This document shows, in pieces, positions 37,105 through 48,372 of a stretch of 64,000 nt of DNA. The first letter of the stretch is position 1; each line of letters starts with the position of its first letter. The notes beneath the pieces are model-generated. The model saw nothing but the letters and a program-made list of their open reading frames with translations. It was not told the DNA's origin and searched no databases. Origin of the DNA: Terriglobales bacterium (GTDB taxonomy: Bacteria > Acidobacteriota > Terriglobia > Terriglobales > Acidobacteriaceae); the NCBI GenBank assembly GCA_049520095.1, contig JBEKQC010000017.1:2701-66700 (forward strand), in the 5' to 3' direction. The position numbers and the translations under genes are program-made.

Positions 37105-37246
37105 CGTGCGCCTTTCCCTCTGTCACAAAGACCGCTGGCCTGCGTCCCGCGAGAGCAGGCAATTTCACGCGTCCCCATTTCTCACGCTTATCGAGCAGTG
37201 GGGACAGTTTGTCTCGGACCTCCAGTCCATCAACGCACCGCCGAAG

Positions 37247-38098
37247 TCACTGAATAAATCCTGGCGACGATGCCCGCCGATAACCAATCAGATAAGTAAT
37301 CGGCGCTTTGCCGGTTAGGTTCTCGCCAATCTCCCACACGTAGTCGCTCGCCGTCAGTTTGTCTACCATCTCACGTAGTTCCTTCGGCCGATACGTCCGC
37401 AGGCACGACACTACTCCATCGAACAACAAGACCAACGGAATGATCGGAACTAAATACGTCCAGACGAAGCGTGGCCAGCGGAACGGGCGAATCCACGGAG
37501 TGCAAACCAACAGCATGATATCCCAAGCAAGAATAAGGCCAATGGTTGTCGGAGCCCGCCTGGTTATCTCGAATATGCCAATACCTTCGCCCGCATCGAC
37601 CGCATTTTGAAGTATGGCACGAGCCTCGTCGGGCGAAAAATGATGGAACGACGTGAACATCGTTCGAAACCCCTTGAGCTCCGGAGGAACATTCATAGCG
37701 TCCACCGAGGTGGGATAGAAACGAATGCGATTCTCGGAAACCCCTCTGACATTCTGAGATGCCCCAAGATTCGGGTATTTGTCTGTAAGCCAGATCTGCA
37801 GGGCCGGCGGATTTCCATTCGCCGTTGAAGATTGGAGTTTTCGAAAAAGGTCCAGCCAGGGCCCGCCGCCACCTGAACACAAATCGACAACCGATTGACC
37901 GACATTCGAATGCCCGAAATTCGTCGAGCTCCGTGCCCAGTCCAGCGCGCGTTGCAGCAGCGGAGCGATGGGCGCGTAGGCATTTAAAAGACCGAACCCA
38001 AACTGAAGGGCATCCGTAATCTCATCCCGAATCGAAGATGGGAACCACGGTTGTTCATGGATCTCGATGAACTGTATGCGACGCATGGCAGGTCCCAA
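37247..38098 (-). CDS. putative class I SAM-dependent methyltransferase with C-terminal hydrophobic segments
   Basis: VVDLCSGGGGPW resembles methyltransferase motif I. The C-terminal part contains two hydrophobic helices. The assignment is tentative. Confidence 0.5.
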   Translation of the reverse strand: MGPAMRRIQFIEIHEQPWFPSSIRDEITDALQFGFGLLNAYAPIAPLLQRALDWARSSTNFGHSNVGQSVVDLCSGGGGPWLDLFRKLQSSTANGNPPALQIWLTDKYPNLGASQNVRGVSENRIRFYPTSVDAMNVPPELKGFRTMFTSFHHFSPDEARAILQNAVDAGEGIGIFEITRRAPTTIGLILAWDIMLLVCTPWIRPFRWPRFVWTYLVPIIPLVLLFDGVVSCLRTYRPKELREMVDKLTASDYVWEIGENLTGKAPITYLIGYRRASSPGFIQ

Positions 38099-38220
38099 AA
38101 TGCAAATTCGACGTTACACTAATGAGGCACTACAGTGGATCGGAGAAGCTGAGAGGTCAACTGAAAACTGCTGCCTGATCGTCGAGGGCAAGCGCGCGGA
38201 TGACAATGTTCACGCCGCTC

Positions 38221-38256
38221 CGAACGACTAGCGACCAACGACTAACGACCAACGAC
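38221..38256. repeat. heptad-phased repeat, type A, solo arm (5 units) abutting the hisS start
   Basis: The sequence is CGAACGAC TAGCGAC CAACGAC TAACGAC CAACGAC. I saw no partner arm within about 120 nt upstream. Confidence 0.75.
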
Positions 38257-38259
38257 AAA

Positions 38260-39537
38260 ATGATCAAATCCCCCCGAGGCACCCGCGACCTTCTCCCGCC
38301 CGACACGGCGCTCTGGAACCTCGTCGAAACCGCCGCCCGCGACGTCTTCCGCGCCTACAACTTCCACGAAATCCGCACGCCCATCTTCGAGTCCACCGAA
38401 CTGTTCGCCCGTGGCGTAGGCGAAGAGACCGACATCGTCTCCAAAGAAATGTTTACCTGGGAAGATCGCGGCCGCGCTGAAAGCGACAAAGGCCAGTCGC
38501 TGACTCTCCGCCCCGAAAACACCGCCGGCATCGTCCGCGCTTACATCGAGCACAAACTCTGGGAGCGTGGCCTGAACAAATTCTTCTCCATCGGCCCTAT
38601 GTTTCGCCGCGAGCGCCCGCAAAAAGGGCGCTACCGGCAGTTCTACCAGATTGACGCCGAAATCATCGGCCCTGCCACCGCTGGCAGCCAGTCTCCCGCA
38701 CGCGATGCCGAGATTCTCGAACTCCTCGCCACACTGCTCGACCGCGTAGGCATCGCCAACTGGACGCTCGAACTGAATTCCGTGGGCTGCCCCGCCGACC
38801 GCGTAAAATTCAATGAAGCGCTCCGCCAAGCGCTCGCACCCGTAGTAGGAAAAATGTGCGCCGATTGCCAGCGCCGCGCGGTCACCAATCCGCTAAGAGT
38901 CTTCGACTGCAAGGTTCCAGGAGACCAGCCCATCATCGCCACGCTCCCCACCATCAACCAGTTTCTCGACGAAGCCTGCCGCACCCACTACGAAGAAGTG
39001 AAAAACATTCTGCAGGCCGTCGAGATTCCATACAAAGAAAACCCGCGCCTGGTCCGAGGCCTCGATTACTACCAGAAGACTGCGTTTGAATTTACGCATG
39101 GCTCGCTCGGCGCGCAAAATGCCATTCTTGGCGGCGGACGATACGACGGCCTATCGGAAGCGCTCGGCGGCCCCGCGGCCCCGGGGATCGGCTTTGCCAT
39201 CGGAGAAGATCGCCTCGTTCTTTCTCTCACCGCGTCGGCCGAGTCGGTCGTGCGCACGCCTGACGTTTACGTTGCTCCGCTCGGCGCTGGGATGAATCGC
39301 GAAGCTGCCCGCGTGGCTCGCGAACTGCGGCGGCACGATCTGGTAGTCGAACTAGGCGACGAAGCGTTTCGCTTGAAAAAATCTTTCGAGGCGGCCGACA
39401 ACATGGGATCGCGATATATCCTCATCGTCGGCGAAAACGAAGTGGCGGCCAATGCATTCGCGCTCAAGCATTTGGCCTCCGGCGAACAAGTCACAGTCCC
39501 GCGCGCGGAACTGGCCCAACGTATTTCGCGGAAGTAG
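38260..39537 (+). CDS. hisS: histidine--tRNA ligase
   Basis: Contains MIKSPRGTRDLLP, FRRERPQKGRYRQFYQ, GGGRYDGL and an anticodon-binding C-domain. The track start at 38200 translates the repeat (TTSDQRLTTND). Confidence 0.95.
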   Translation: MIKSPRGTRDLLPPDTALWNLVETAARDVFRAYNFHEIRTPIFESTELFARGVGEETDIVSKEMFTWEDRGRAESDKGQSLTLRPENTAGIVRAYIEHKLWERGLNKFFSIGPMFRRERPQKGRYRQFYQIDAEIIGPATAGSQSPARDAEILELLATLLDRVGIANWTLELNSVGCPADRVKFNEALRQALAPVVGKMCADCQRRAVTNPLRVFDCKVPGDQPIIATLPTINQFLDEACRTHYEEVKNILQAVEIPYKENPRLVRGLDYYQKTAFEFTHGSLGAQNAILGGGRYDGLSEALGGPAAPGIGFAIGEDRLVLSLTASAESVVRTPDVYVAPLGAGMNREAARVARELRRHDLVVELGDEAFRLKKSFEAADNMGSRYILIVGENEVAANAFALKHLASGEQVTVPRAELAQRISRK

Positions 39538-39640
39538 CTGTTGGACACTTACCCAGACAATTTCCCGGCGGCTACATCGCCGAGAACACAGCCTGAGTGG
39601 GCGCTAGTGGGCATTCATCCGGCAGTGGTAAACTTCGCCC

Positions 39641-40138
39641 ATGGCCACCAGGAAAACAGGCAAGAAGCAAACCAAGCGGAAGAAGACTGCAGCGATGAAG
39701 CCGCCAAAGAAGGCGGTAGGAACAAAGCTGCGTAAGAAAGCAGCCCCCAGGAAAACACTGGCGAAGAAGAGGTCGGCGACACACAAAATGGCTGCGAAAA
39801 CGAAAGCAAAGACCAGCGCCACGAAGAAGAACCGCGCGAAGACACCAGACGTTTCCAGAAAACCGCTCCAGGGAAAGGGGCAACGCGCGAACCTCGAGTC
39901 ATTTGGAGACGAAGAGGCGAAAGCCCGGTCGGCGGGCCAATCAGGAAGTTTGCAGGGGTTGTCCAATGCCGCAGGCGCCGATTCAGAAAGTGTGGACGAG
40001 TTGATCGAAGAAGGAAATGCGTTCGAAGGCGGTGTGGTGTCGGGCGTCGAGGCCGCCGACGGGGCCGACGAGCAGGAAGTCCGCACTCACGAGGTGCCCG
40101 AGGATGACGTTCCCGACGAGTATCTGAATCAAGATTAG
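39641..40138 (+). CDS. bipartite protein: Lys/Ala-rich histone-H1-like N-half and acidic C-half
   Basis: Starts MATRKTGKKQTKRKKTAAMKPPKKAVGTKLRKKAAPRK... and ends ...SVDELIEEGNAFEGGVVSGVEAADGADEQEVRTHEVPEDDVPDEYLNQD. Confidence 0.6.
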   Translation: MATRKTGKKQTKRKKTAAMKPPKKAVGTKLRKKAAPRKTLAKKRSATHKMAAKTKAKTSATKKNRAKTPDVSRKPLQGKGQRANLESFGDEEAKARSAGQSGSLQGLSNAAGADSESVDELIEEGNAFEGGVVSGVEAADGADEQEVRTHEVPEDDVPDEYLNQD

Positions 40139-40528
40139 AGGAAGTGGGTGATTGGAAAAACCACTCCGTCGGTCGCCTGCAAAATGGCAGCTGAAATTCC
40201 GCCAAAGTACGCCCAACCTCTGGAGCAGCTGGAGAAGTTGCTGGCCGATGGTGCCATTTGGGCGGGGGTTTTTCATTGCCGAGCTTGATTCCGCCAGCCC
40301 ATCACACCGCACGGTGATGCCCGTCATTGAAGAGCACCGCCAAAAGTGGGTAGCTTTAGCCTGACGTTTCCGAGTCCTTTTCTTGTCATAAGGTCCAACC
40401 AGACCAAAAATCAAGGCAACTCGGAAATATCGGGTTTCCCCGACCTGAGCCCTGCACTTGTCATCGCTTTCCGAGCCGCGGAAACCTCCAACATCGAACT
40501 CATATAGCGGACGGAAGGGAGGAACTTT

Positions 40529-40717
40529 ATGGCAGCCAGCCCACGCGTCGCCCCCCAAGTGGAGCCCGGTTTCGAGAAAAAGACCCTGAAGCTCTGTGAG
40601 CCAAAGCATATGCCGAAGCCCAAGCCGAAAACGGCCAGCCAGAAACCACGGGTCCGAGATCTGGCGGCCGAGATCTTCGAGGGATACGAAGAGTTCTTTG
40701 GCTGCGCTCCCGACTAG
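40529..40717 (+). CDS. small hypothetical protein (62 aa)
   Basis: The ATG is preceded by GGAAGGGAGG with about 7-nt spacing, a strong SD. No family recognised. Confidence 0.35.
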   Translation: MAASPRVAPQVEPGFEKKTLKLCEPKHMPKPKPKTASQKPRVRDLAAEIFEGYEEFFGCAPD

Positions 40718-40896
40718 TACGCGCCAGCCCGCCCGGCAACCCGTCCGTCCCCGTCCCGGACAAGTGCGCTGGCGCTGGGCTATGTTGTCACGCCGGAGCG
40801 CCTGACCGTTGACTTGCGCGCTCCGGGTGTCTAACATCGGCAACCGGGCGTGGTCATTCTTTCACACGACCATTCAATTTCAGGAGGCGTTCTCTG

Positions 40897-41424
40897 ATGA
40901 CGCGTATCTCGACTCTTTTCATCGCTACTCTGCTGCTCGCCGCCATGGCTTCTGCGCAAATGCAAATGCCCAAGCCAGGCCCCGAGCACAAAAAGCTCGA
41001 CTATTTCGTCGGTAACTGGACCTGCGACGGAGACATCAAGCCCGGGCCCATGGGGCCGGGCGGCAAGGAGACCTCGATCGACGAACTCAAATGGATGGAC
41101 GGCGGTTTCTTTGTCGTCATCCATTCGACGTTCAAAAGCGCTAGCATGGGTAATGGCACCGGGATTTCCTTCCTCGGTTACGATGGCGACGACAAAAAGT
41201 ACACCTATAACGAGTTCAACAGTCAGGGCGAGGCGGTCGTGTCCAAGGGAACTGTGGATGGTGACACCTGGACTTGGATCGGAGACATGAAGGCTCCACC
41301 GGGCAAAGGCCGTTTCACCGAGAAGATCCTGTCCCCGACTTCGTACTCGTATAAGTTCGACATGTCATCCGATGGTTCCAAGTGGACTCCGGTCCTTGAG
41401 GGTAAGTGCACGAAGCACAAATAG
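40897..41424 (+). CDS. DUF1579 domain-containing secreted protein
   Basis: Signal peptide followed by PGPEHKKLDYFVGNWTCDGDIKPGPMGPGGK....WMDGGFFVV...FLGYDGDDKKYTY, which I recognise as the DUF1579 pattern. Confidence 0.8.
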   Translation: MTRISTLFIATLLLAAMASAQMQMPKPGPEHKKLDYFVGNWTCDGDIKPGPMGPGGKETSIDELKWMDGGFFVVIHSTFKSASMGNGTGISFLGYDGDDKKYTYNEFNSQGEAVVSKGTVDGDTWTWIGDMKAPPGKGRFTEKILSPTSYSYKFDMSSDGSKWTPVLEGKCTKHK

Positions 41425-41469
41425 TTGAAATCGAACGTCGGGAGTCGGCGGCCGGGCGGGTGCGTGTCA

Positions 41470-41497
41470 CTGACTCCTGACCTTTCACGCCTGACAC
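41470..41497. repeat. heptad-phased repeat, type B (CTGAC units), solo arm
   Basis: The sequence is CTGACTC CTGACCT TTCACGC CTGACAC. CTGAC recurs at offsets 0, 7 and 21. Confidence 0.55.
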
Positions 41498-41540
41498 CGC
41501 CTCCCTACCTCCCTCCATTTATAATCGTCAGTTCAACCCG

Positions 41541-43436
<1,896 letters not shown>

Positions 43437-43451
43437 GCGCTAGAAGCTTTT

Positions 43452-43510
43452 GGGTGGCGCAGCCGTCTACGGCTGCGATCTGAGCGCTCAGTTCGGAAGG
43501 TCTTAGCCGG
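43452..43510. repeat. GGGTGGCGCAGC hairpin element between convergent aspS and cmk
   Basis: The sequence gggtggcGCAGCCGtctaCGGCTGCgat forms a perfect 7-bp stem, with a tail ending in cttagccgg. A related element lies at 61298-61405. Confidence 0.5.
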
Positions 43511-43513
43511 TAG

Positions 43514-44230
43514 CTAGAGCGTCGCCGTCAGCCGCTCCTCCACCAACTGCTCAATCCGCCTGAGCACTTCGTCCTCGCTCATATTCGTCGAGTCAAGCAC
43601 CACGGCGTCTTCCGCCGCCACCAGCGGAGACGCAGGGCGAGTGCGGTCCCGCCGGTCGCGCTCGCGAAGTTCCACCGCCATTGCCTGCGCCGGTGGGCCC
43701 TTCACCTGCTGCTGGTCCATCCGCCGCTGCTCGCGGGTCACGGGATCGGCGTCGAGAAAAATCTTTAAATCCGCATCGGGGAAAACTTTTGTCCCAATGT
43801 CGCGCCCCTCCATCACCACGCCGCCGCTGATGCCCATCTCGCGCTGCCGCGCCACCATCCACTCGCGCACCTTGGGATGCACCGAAACGCGCGACGCCCC
43901 CTCCGTCACATCGCGCTCGCGGATCCGTCCGGAAACGTCTTTGCCGTTGAGCAAAACGCGATTGCCGCCGATGGTGCGATCTAGAGTAATGCGTGAATCC
44001 TGCACCATCTTCAGCAGCGCATCCTCATCGTCAAATGACGCGTCCCACTCGATGGCCCGTAACGCCAGCGCGCGATACATCGCGCCGCTCTCCAGGTTCA
44101 CGTAGCCGAGTTTGCGTGCCAGGCGGGAAGCGATGGTGCTCTTGCCGGCTCCGGCAGGCCCGTCGATGGCGATAATGAGTTTACGCGGGGAAGAGTTAGT
44201 CATTGAGCGAAGTGCATCGAGCGAGTACAT
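43514..44230 (-). CDS. cmk: cytidylate kinase
   Basis: IIAIDGPAGAGKSTIASRLARKLGYVNLESGAMYRA supplies the P-loop and the cmk N-terminal signature. The start may be the internal ATG at 44203. Confidence 0.9.
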   Translation of the reverse strand: MYSLDALRSMTNSSPRKLIIAIDGPAGAGKSTIASRLARKLGYVNLESGAMYRALALRAIEWDASFDDEDALLKMVQDSRITLDRTIGGNRVLLNGKDVSGRIRERDVTEGASRVSVHPKVREWMVARQREMGISGGVVMEGRDIGTKVFPDADLKIFLDADPVTREQRRMDQQQVKGPPAQAMAVELRERDRRDRTRPASPLVAAEDAVVLDSTNMSEDEVLRRIEQLVEERLTATL

Positions 44231-44267
44231 TGGGCGAACGGAGTATTGTACACGGAGTGTGAGAGAG

Positions 44268-45200
44268 CTAGCTTACCGGCGCTGAGCGCCTCTTCGGGAC
44301 GTACACCTGCTTCGGCGGAGTTACCTGCAGCAGCGACTTGCTCCCGACATGCACGAAACTCAACTCGCGCGCTGAAAGCAAAGCGTGGATGGCTTCTTTG
44401 ACCCGCGTTCGCGGAACGAAGTTTGCGAGGAAGTTCTCGACCTCTCCTTCATCCACTGCCACCACGCAATCCAGATATTTCGAGACCAGCGCCGAGAGCG
44501 CTTCGGGCACGGAAATTCCGACGCCCTCGCGCACCAGATCCGGCGCCCAGCGCGACAATTCATCCCACACCGAGCCTTCCTCCACCGTATAATCCACGCG
44601 CGTGATGCGCAGTTTAGCCCATAGTTCGCTCAGCGCGCGATCGAGGCCGGCGTTCGAAACCGACCCGCCCAGCATCTCGCCCAGTTTAGTTTTCGAAATC
44701 GGCCCACGCCCCCGGATGATCTCGAACGCGTCACAAGCCAACGGCGAATAAGGAGACCGCGGTCCGGTTGCTGGCGCTTGCTTCGGGTTGCGCTCCCCGA
44801 CGAGCGAATAAAAATAGGGAAACACCGAAACCGCCAGCAGGAAGGCGTTGTTCTCGTCAATCAGCGGAGCCTCGTAGGCTGCCCTATCGCGCAGCGCGCG
44901 CACCATGAGTTCGGTCGCCTCTTTCGCCCGCGGATCGGCATAGGCGTGCTGCCGCGTCGGCAGCTTCTCATCGGCCCCCACCCATGCCCCCATGAAAGTC
45001 GGCAACAGAATCGCAGGCCGCGTCGGATACATCAGACAAAATCCCACTGACTCCAGGAAGCCCCGCGCGTCATCAAGAGTGCGCATGGGCTGGCCGTCGA
45101 GGCGCCACTTGTGCATACGCGCCTGCAGTAGCTCGGACTCGGTCATGCTTTCGATTAGAACACAGCGTTGCGCTGTTCGCTGATCACTATCCAATTCCAC
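44268..45200 (-). CDS. hypothetical protein, possibly winged-helix (YcaQ/AlkZ-like)
   Basis: 310-aa ORF with coding-like composition. The family guess is only a weak impression and is not supported by motifs. Confidence 0.45.
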   Translation of the reverse strand: MELDSDQRTAQRCVLIESMTESELLQARMHKWRLDGQPMRTLDDARGFLESVGFCLMYPTRPAILLPTFMGAWVGADEKLPTRQHAYADPRAKEATELMVRALRDRAAYEAPLIDENNAFLLAVSVFPYFYSLVGERNPKQAPATGPRSPYSPLACDAFEIIRGRGPISKTKLGEMLGGSVSNAGLDRALSELWAKLRITRVDYTVEEGSVWDELSRWAPDLVREGVGISVPEALSALVSKYLDCVVAVDEGEVENFLANFVPRTRVKEAIHALLSARELSFVHVGSKSLLQVTPPKQVYVPKRRSAPVS

Positions 45201-45237
45201 GCGCTTGGCGAACAGCGAATAGCGAGCAGTGAAGGTC

Positions 45238-47328
45238 CTAGATCCTCTTGAATGCCTTCTGAATATCCTGCATGGAATAGCGCAGCACCACCGGCCTACC
45301 GTGCGGGCAGGTCATGGGATGCTCGGTTTTCGCCAGCTCCGCGAGCAGCCACTCCATCTTGTTCTGCTCGAGTGGCATGTTGACTTTGATCGCAGCGTGG
45401 CACGCAATCGAGGCCGCAATGCGCCTTCGCACCGCTTCCAGGTTAATGGCCTGATCTTCGCGCGTCAGCTGCTCGAAGATTTCGTTCAGCATGTGCTCGA
45501 TCTGCGCCGCGTCCACGCCCGCCGGGGCGATCTTCACCGCGACGCTGCGCGCCCCAAAGGGCTCCGCCTCAAAACCGTTGCGTGCCAGTTCTTCGGCAAT
45601 GTCGCTGAAGATAGCTTGCTGCGCCGGAGTCAGCTCGATCACCAAAGGCATGAGCAGACGCTGGCTCTCCACCTGCTGCGTCGAGCGCTGGCGCAGAACT
45701 CGCTCGAACAACACGCGCTCGTGTGCTACGTGTTGATCGATGATCCAGAGCCCGTCTTCGTTGACCGCGAGAATGAATGAATTTCGGATCTGGCCCAAGG
45801 GGTGCAGGGTTCGCAGCGACTCGAGAGTCGGCGCAGGTTGCGGCTCTTGCGCGATTGGCGGCGCGCAGCCGTGATCGGGAATCGGCTGATCGGCCATCGT
45901 TTGATCGATCATCGTTTGATCAGCGATAGTCGAACCAGAGATTCTTGCCTCCGGCGTGCGTGCCAGCGATACCGCCGCGTTGCCCTCGACTGCAATTCCG
46001 CCTTCAAACTGGAAGGACGCGCTCGCTGCTGGAATTGCCGGCGCCTGCAGCGCAAATCCGCCGGTAGCCGGTCCGGACAAGTCGCGCCACGGTGCGCGCT
46101 GCAAACCATCAGTGCTGCGCGCGCCATCGGTGAAACGGGGATTACCGAGGCCGGGACTGGAAAGGCCCCGACTAGCCGACGGCTGCGCGCCAATCTCGGT
46201 CAAGAACTGCGGTACGGGCCGTGCCTTCATCAACGCCGCCCGAACTGACTCGCGCACGAAATCGTGAATCACCGTCTGCTGCCGGAAGCGCACCTCGGTC
46301 TTCGACGGGTGCACATTCACATCCACCTCGGCAGTCGGCATCTCAATAAAAAGCAGAACTACCGGATACACCGTCGGCGGCAAAATGTTGCGATACGCCT
46401 CGGTGATGGCGTGCTGGATGAGGCGGTCGCGAATCAGCCGTCCATTCACAAAAATGAAAATGGAATTGCGATTGAGTTTCTGAATTTCCGGCTTGGAAAC
46501 AAACCCATGCAGCCGGACTTCGCCAAAATCGTGCGGCGCGGGCGCCCCCGCCCGCGAAGCCTCATCATCGGCAGAGCCGCGCTCAGCAGCCTCCGCGCCA
46601 CGCCGCCACGGCGGAGGCTGCGGCAACCCAATACGCTCCAGCGGTTGCACCGCTGCCAGGGGAATCAGCTGGTCGAGGGTCTCGCGTCCAAACACTTGGT
46701 AAACACGCTCGCGATGGTCGGCCACTGGCGGCGCGACCAGCAACGCATTGGTCGCCGAATGCAATTCGAAATGCTTCTCCGGATGCGCCAACGCATAGTG
46801 CGTGACCAGCGAAGCGATATGGGACAGCTCGGTCGACTCCGACCGCAAGAATTTCTTGCGCGCCGGTGTATTAAAGAAGAGATCGCGAATCGTGATCGAA
46901 GTTCCGAGCGGAAGTCCGGCCTCTTCCACGCGGATGATCTTGCCGCCGTTGATTTCGAGGATCGTCCCGGCAGCCTCCTCTTCCGCGCGCGTTTCCAGAT
47001 GCAGTCGCGCCACCGAAGCGATGGAGGGCAGCGCCTCGCCGCGAAATCCGAGGGTCGAAATGCTGAGTAGGTCGTCGGTGTCCTTGATCTTAGAAGTCGC
47101 GTGCCGCTCGAAGGCCAACATGGCATCGTCGCGCACCATGCCGCATCCGTTGTCGGTAATCTGGATCAGCTTCTTCCCGCCCGCCTCCACCTGAATGCGT
47201 ATGCGCGTGGAACCCGCGTCCAGCGCGTTCTCCAGCAACTCCTTCACCACCGACGCTGGACGCTCGACCACTTCGCCGGCAGCGATCTGGTTGGCAACTC
47301 TCTCGGGGAGGACGTGAATCTTGCCCAT
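45238..47328 (-). CDS. mutL: DNA mismatch repair protein MutL (endonuclease-type)
   Basis: GHKL ATPase N-terminus VANQIAAGEVVERPASVVKELLENALDAG and ITDNGCGM. The C-terminal domain has DQHVAHERVLFE (DQHAxxExxxxE nuclease motif) and CPHGRP. Confidence 0.95.
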   Translation of the reverse strand: MGKIHVLPERVANQIAAGEVVERPASVVKELLENALDAGSTRIRIQVEAGGKKLIQITDNGCGMVRDDAMLAFERHATSKIKDTDDLLSISTLGFRGEALPSIASVARLHLETRAEEEAAGTILEINGGKIIRVEEAGLPLGTSITIRDLFFNTPARKKFLRSESTELSHIASLVTHYALAHPEKHFELHSATNALLVAPPVADHRERVYQVFGRETLDQLIPLAAVQPLERIGLPQPPPWRRGAEAAERGSADDEASRAGAPAPHDFGEVRLHGFVSKPEIQKLNRNSIFIFVNGRLIRDRLIQHAITEAYRNILPPTVYPVVLLFIEMPTAEVDVNVHPSKTEVRFRQQTVIHDFVRESVRAALMKARPVPQFLTEIGAQPSASRGLSSPGLGNPRFTDGARSTDGLQRAPWRDLSGPATGGFALQAPAIPAASASFQFEGGIAVEGNAAVSLARTPEARISGSTIADQTMIDQTMADQPIPDHGCAPPIAQEPQPAPTLESLRTLHPLGQIRNSFILAVNEDGLWIIDQHVAHERVLFERVLRQRSTQQVESQRLLMPLVIELTPAQQAIFSDIAEELARNGFEAEPFGARSVAVKIAPAGVDAAQIEHMLNEIFEQLTREDQAINLEAVRRRIAASIACHAAIKVNMPLEQNKMEWLLAELAKTEHPMTCPHGRPVVLRYSMQDIQKAFKRI

Positions 47329-47454
47329 GGGATCAGTCGCTAGTAGCTAGTGGTCAGTGTGACAGATTTGGAGGCGCAGCGTAAAGGCGGGTCGAAGTTG
47401 GTAGCGACCGCATCCAAGACTACCGTGTCGTATAGTTTTCTCGGGAGCACTGGA

Positions 47455-48360
47455 ATGAAACATGCAATTTTAGGAGCGGGAGCCATCGGAGGCTTGATCG
47501 GTACGGCGCTGGGATCCCTCGGCGAAAACGTCACAGTCATCGTTCGACCAGAAACGTTGCCAAGCTTTCCGGGGAGCATGTTGCTCGATCGTCCATCGGG
47601 CCCGCTCACGGCACCGGCAAAAACCGTGGCTACTCTGACCGAACTAGTTGACGTGCTCTGGATCGCGACCAAAACCTATCAACTGCAAACTGCGCTGGAA
47701 ACTGTGAAGGCGTCGCCGGGCTGGATCGTCCCGTTGCTGAACGGAGTGGATCACATCGCGGTGCTGCGAACACAATTTGGAAAAGAGCGCGTGCTCCCGG
47801 CAACCATCGCGGTCGAAGCGGAGAGGCTCGCTCCCGGACGATTCATCCAGCGCTCACCGTTCGTTCGCCTCAACCTCGCTAGCAGCGGCGAGCCGCTGTT
47901 GGGAGCCATCATTCAACGGTTGGGCGATCTTGGATTCACCTGCCAATTCATTCAGAACGAGCAGACTTTGCTGTGGAGCAAGCTGTGTTTCCTGGCACCG
48001 TTGGCGCTAGTGTCATCTGCATCCGGCATGAGCGTGGGAGAGTTTTCTGCGGACGCTGGGTGGAAACAGAAACTGAGTCTCGCGCTCGCCGAAGCATGTG
48101 CCGTAGCCAAGGCAAGCGGTGCGCAAGTTGACGCGCCGCAGATTCAGGCGGTTTTCGACAGCGCGCCGCCGGAAATGCGCAGCTCCATGCAGAAAGACCT
48201 CGCCGCCCGCCGGGAGCTTGAGTTGGACGCGATCGGCGGTCCGATTGTGCGCGGTGGGGAACGCTACGGCATCAATGTTTCGACCACGATGAACCTGATG
48301 GCCGTGATTCTCTCGAAGACTGTCGCTGCGCGAGTCGCTGAAACTTTCTGGGTTCGTTAG
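47455..48360 (+). CDS. ketopantoate reductase (ApbA/PanE) family oxidoreductase
   Basis: Rossmann N-terminus MKHAILGAGAIGGLIGTALG. C-domain SSMQKDLAARRELELDAIGGPIV. The extension to 47350 overlaps mutL and is unlikely. Confidence 0.75.
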   Translation: MKHAILGAGAIGGLIGTALGSLGENVTVIVRPETLPSFPGSMLLDRPSGPLTAPAKTVATLTELVDVLWIATKTYQLQTALETVKASPGWIVPLLNGVDHIAVLRTQFGKERVLPATIAVEAERLAPGRFIQRSPFVRLNLASSGEPLLGAIIQRLGDLGFTCQFIQNEQTLLWSKLCFLAPLALVSSASGMSVGEFSADAGWKQKLSLALAEACAVAKASGAQVDAPQIQAVFDSAPPEMRSSMQKDLAARRELELDAIGGPIVRGGERYGINVSTTMNLMAVILSKTVAARVAETFWVR

Positions 48361-48372
48361 CGCGTACCACGC

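Noticed and set aside
39983-40843. 286-aa ORF on the minus strand
   Set aside because: Its composition is Arg/Gly/Trp-rich and looks non-coding. It overlaps the well-formed Lys-rich gene on the other strand. It has no SD and no motifs.
45881-45925. Short tandem repeat (GATCGxTCATCGTTT-like) in the mutL linker, giving ADQTMIDQTMADQ
   Set aside because: It lies in the poorly conserved MutL interdomain linker, where low-complexity repeats are common. It has no further significance that I can support.
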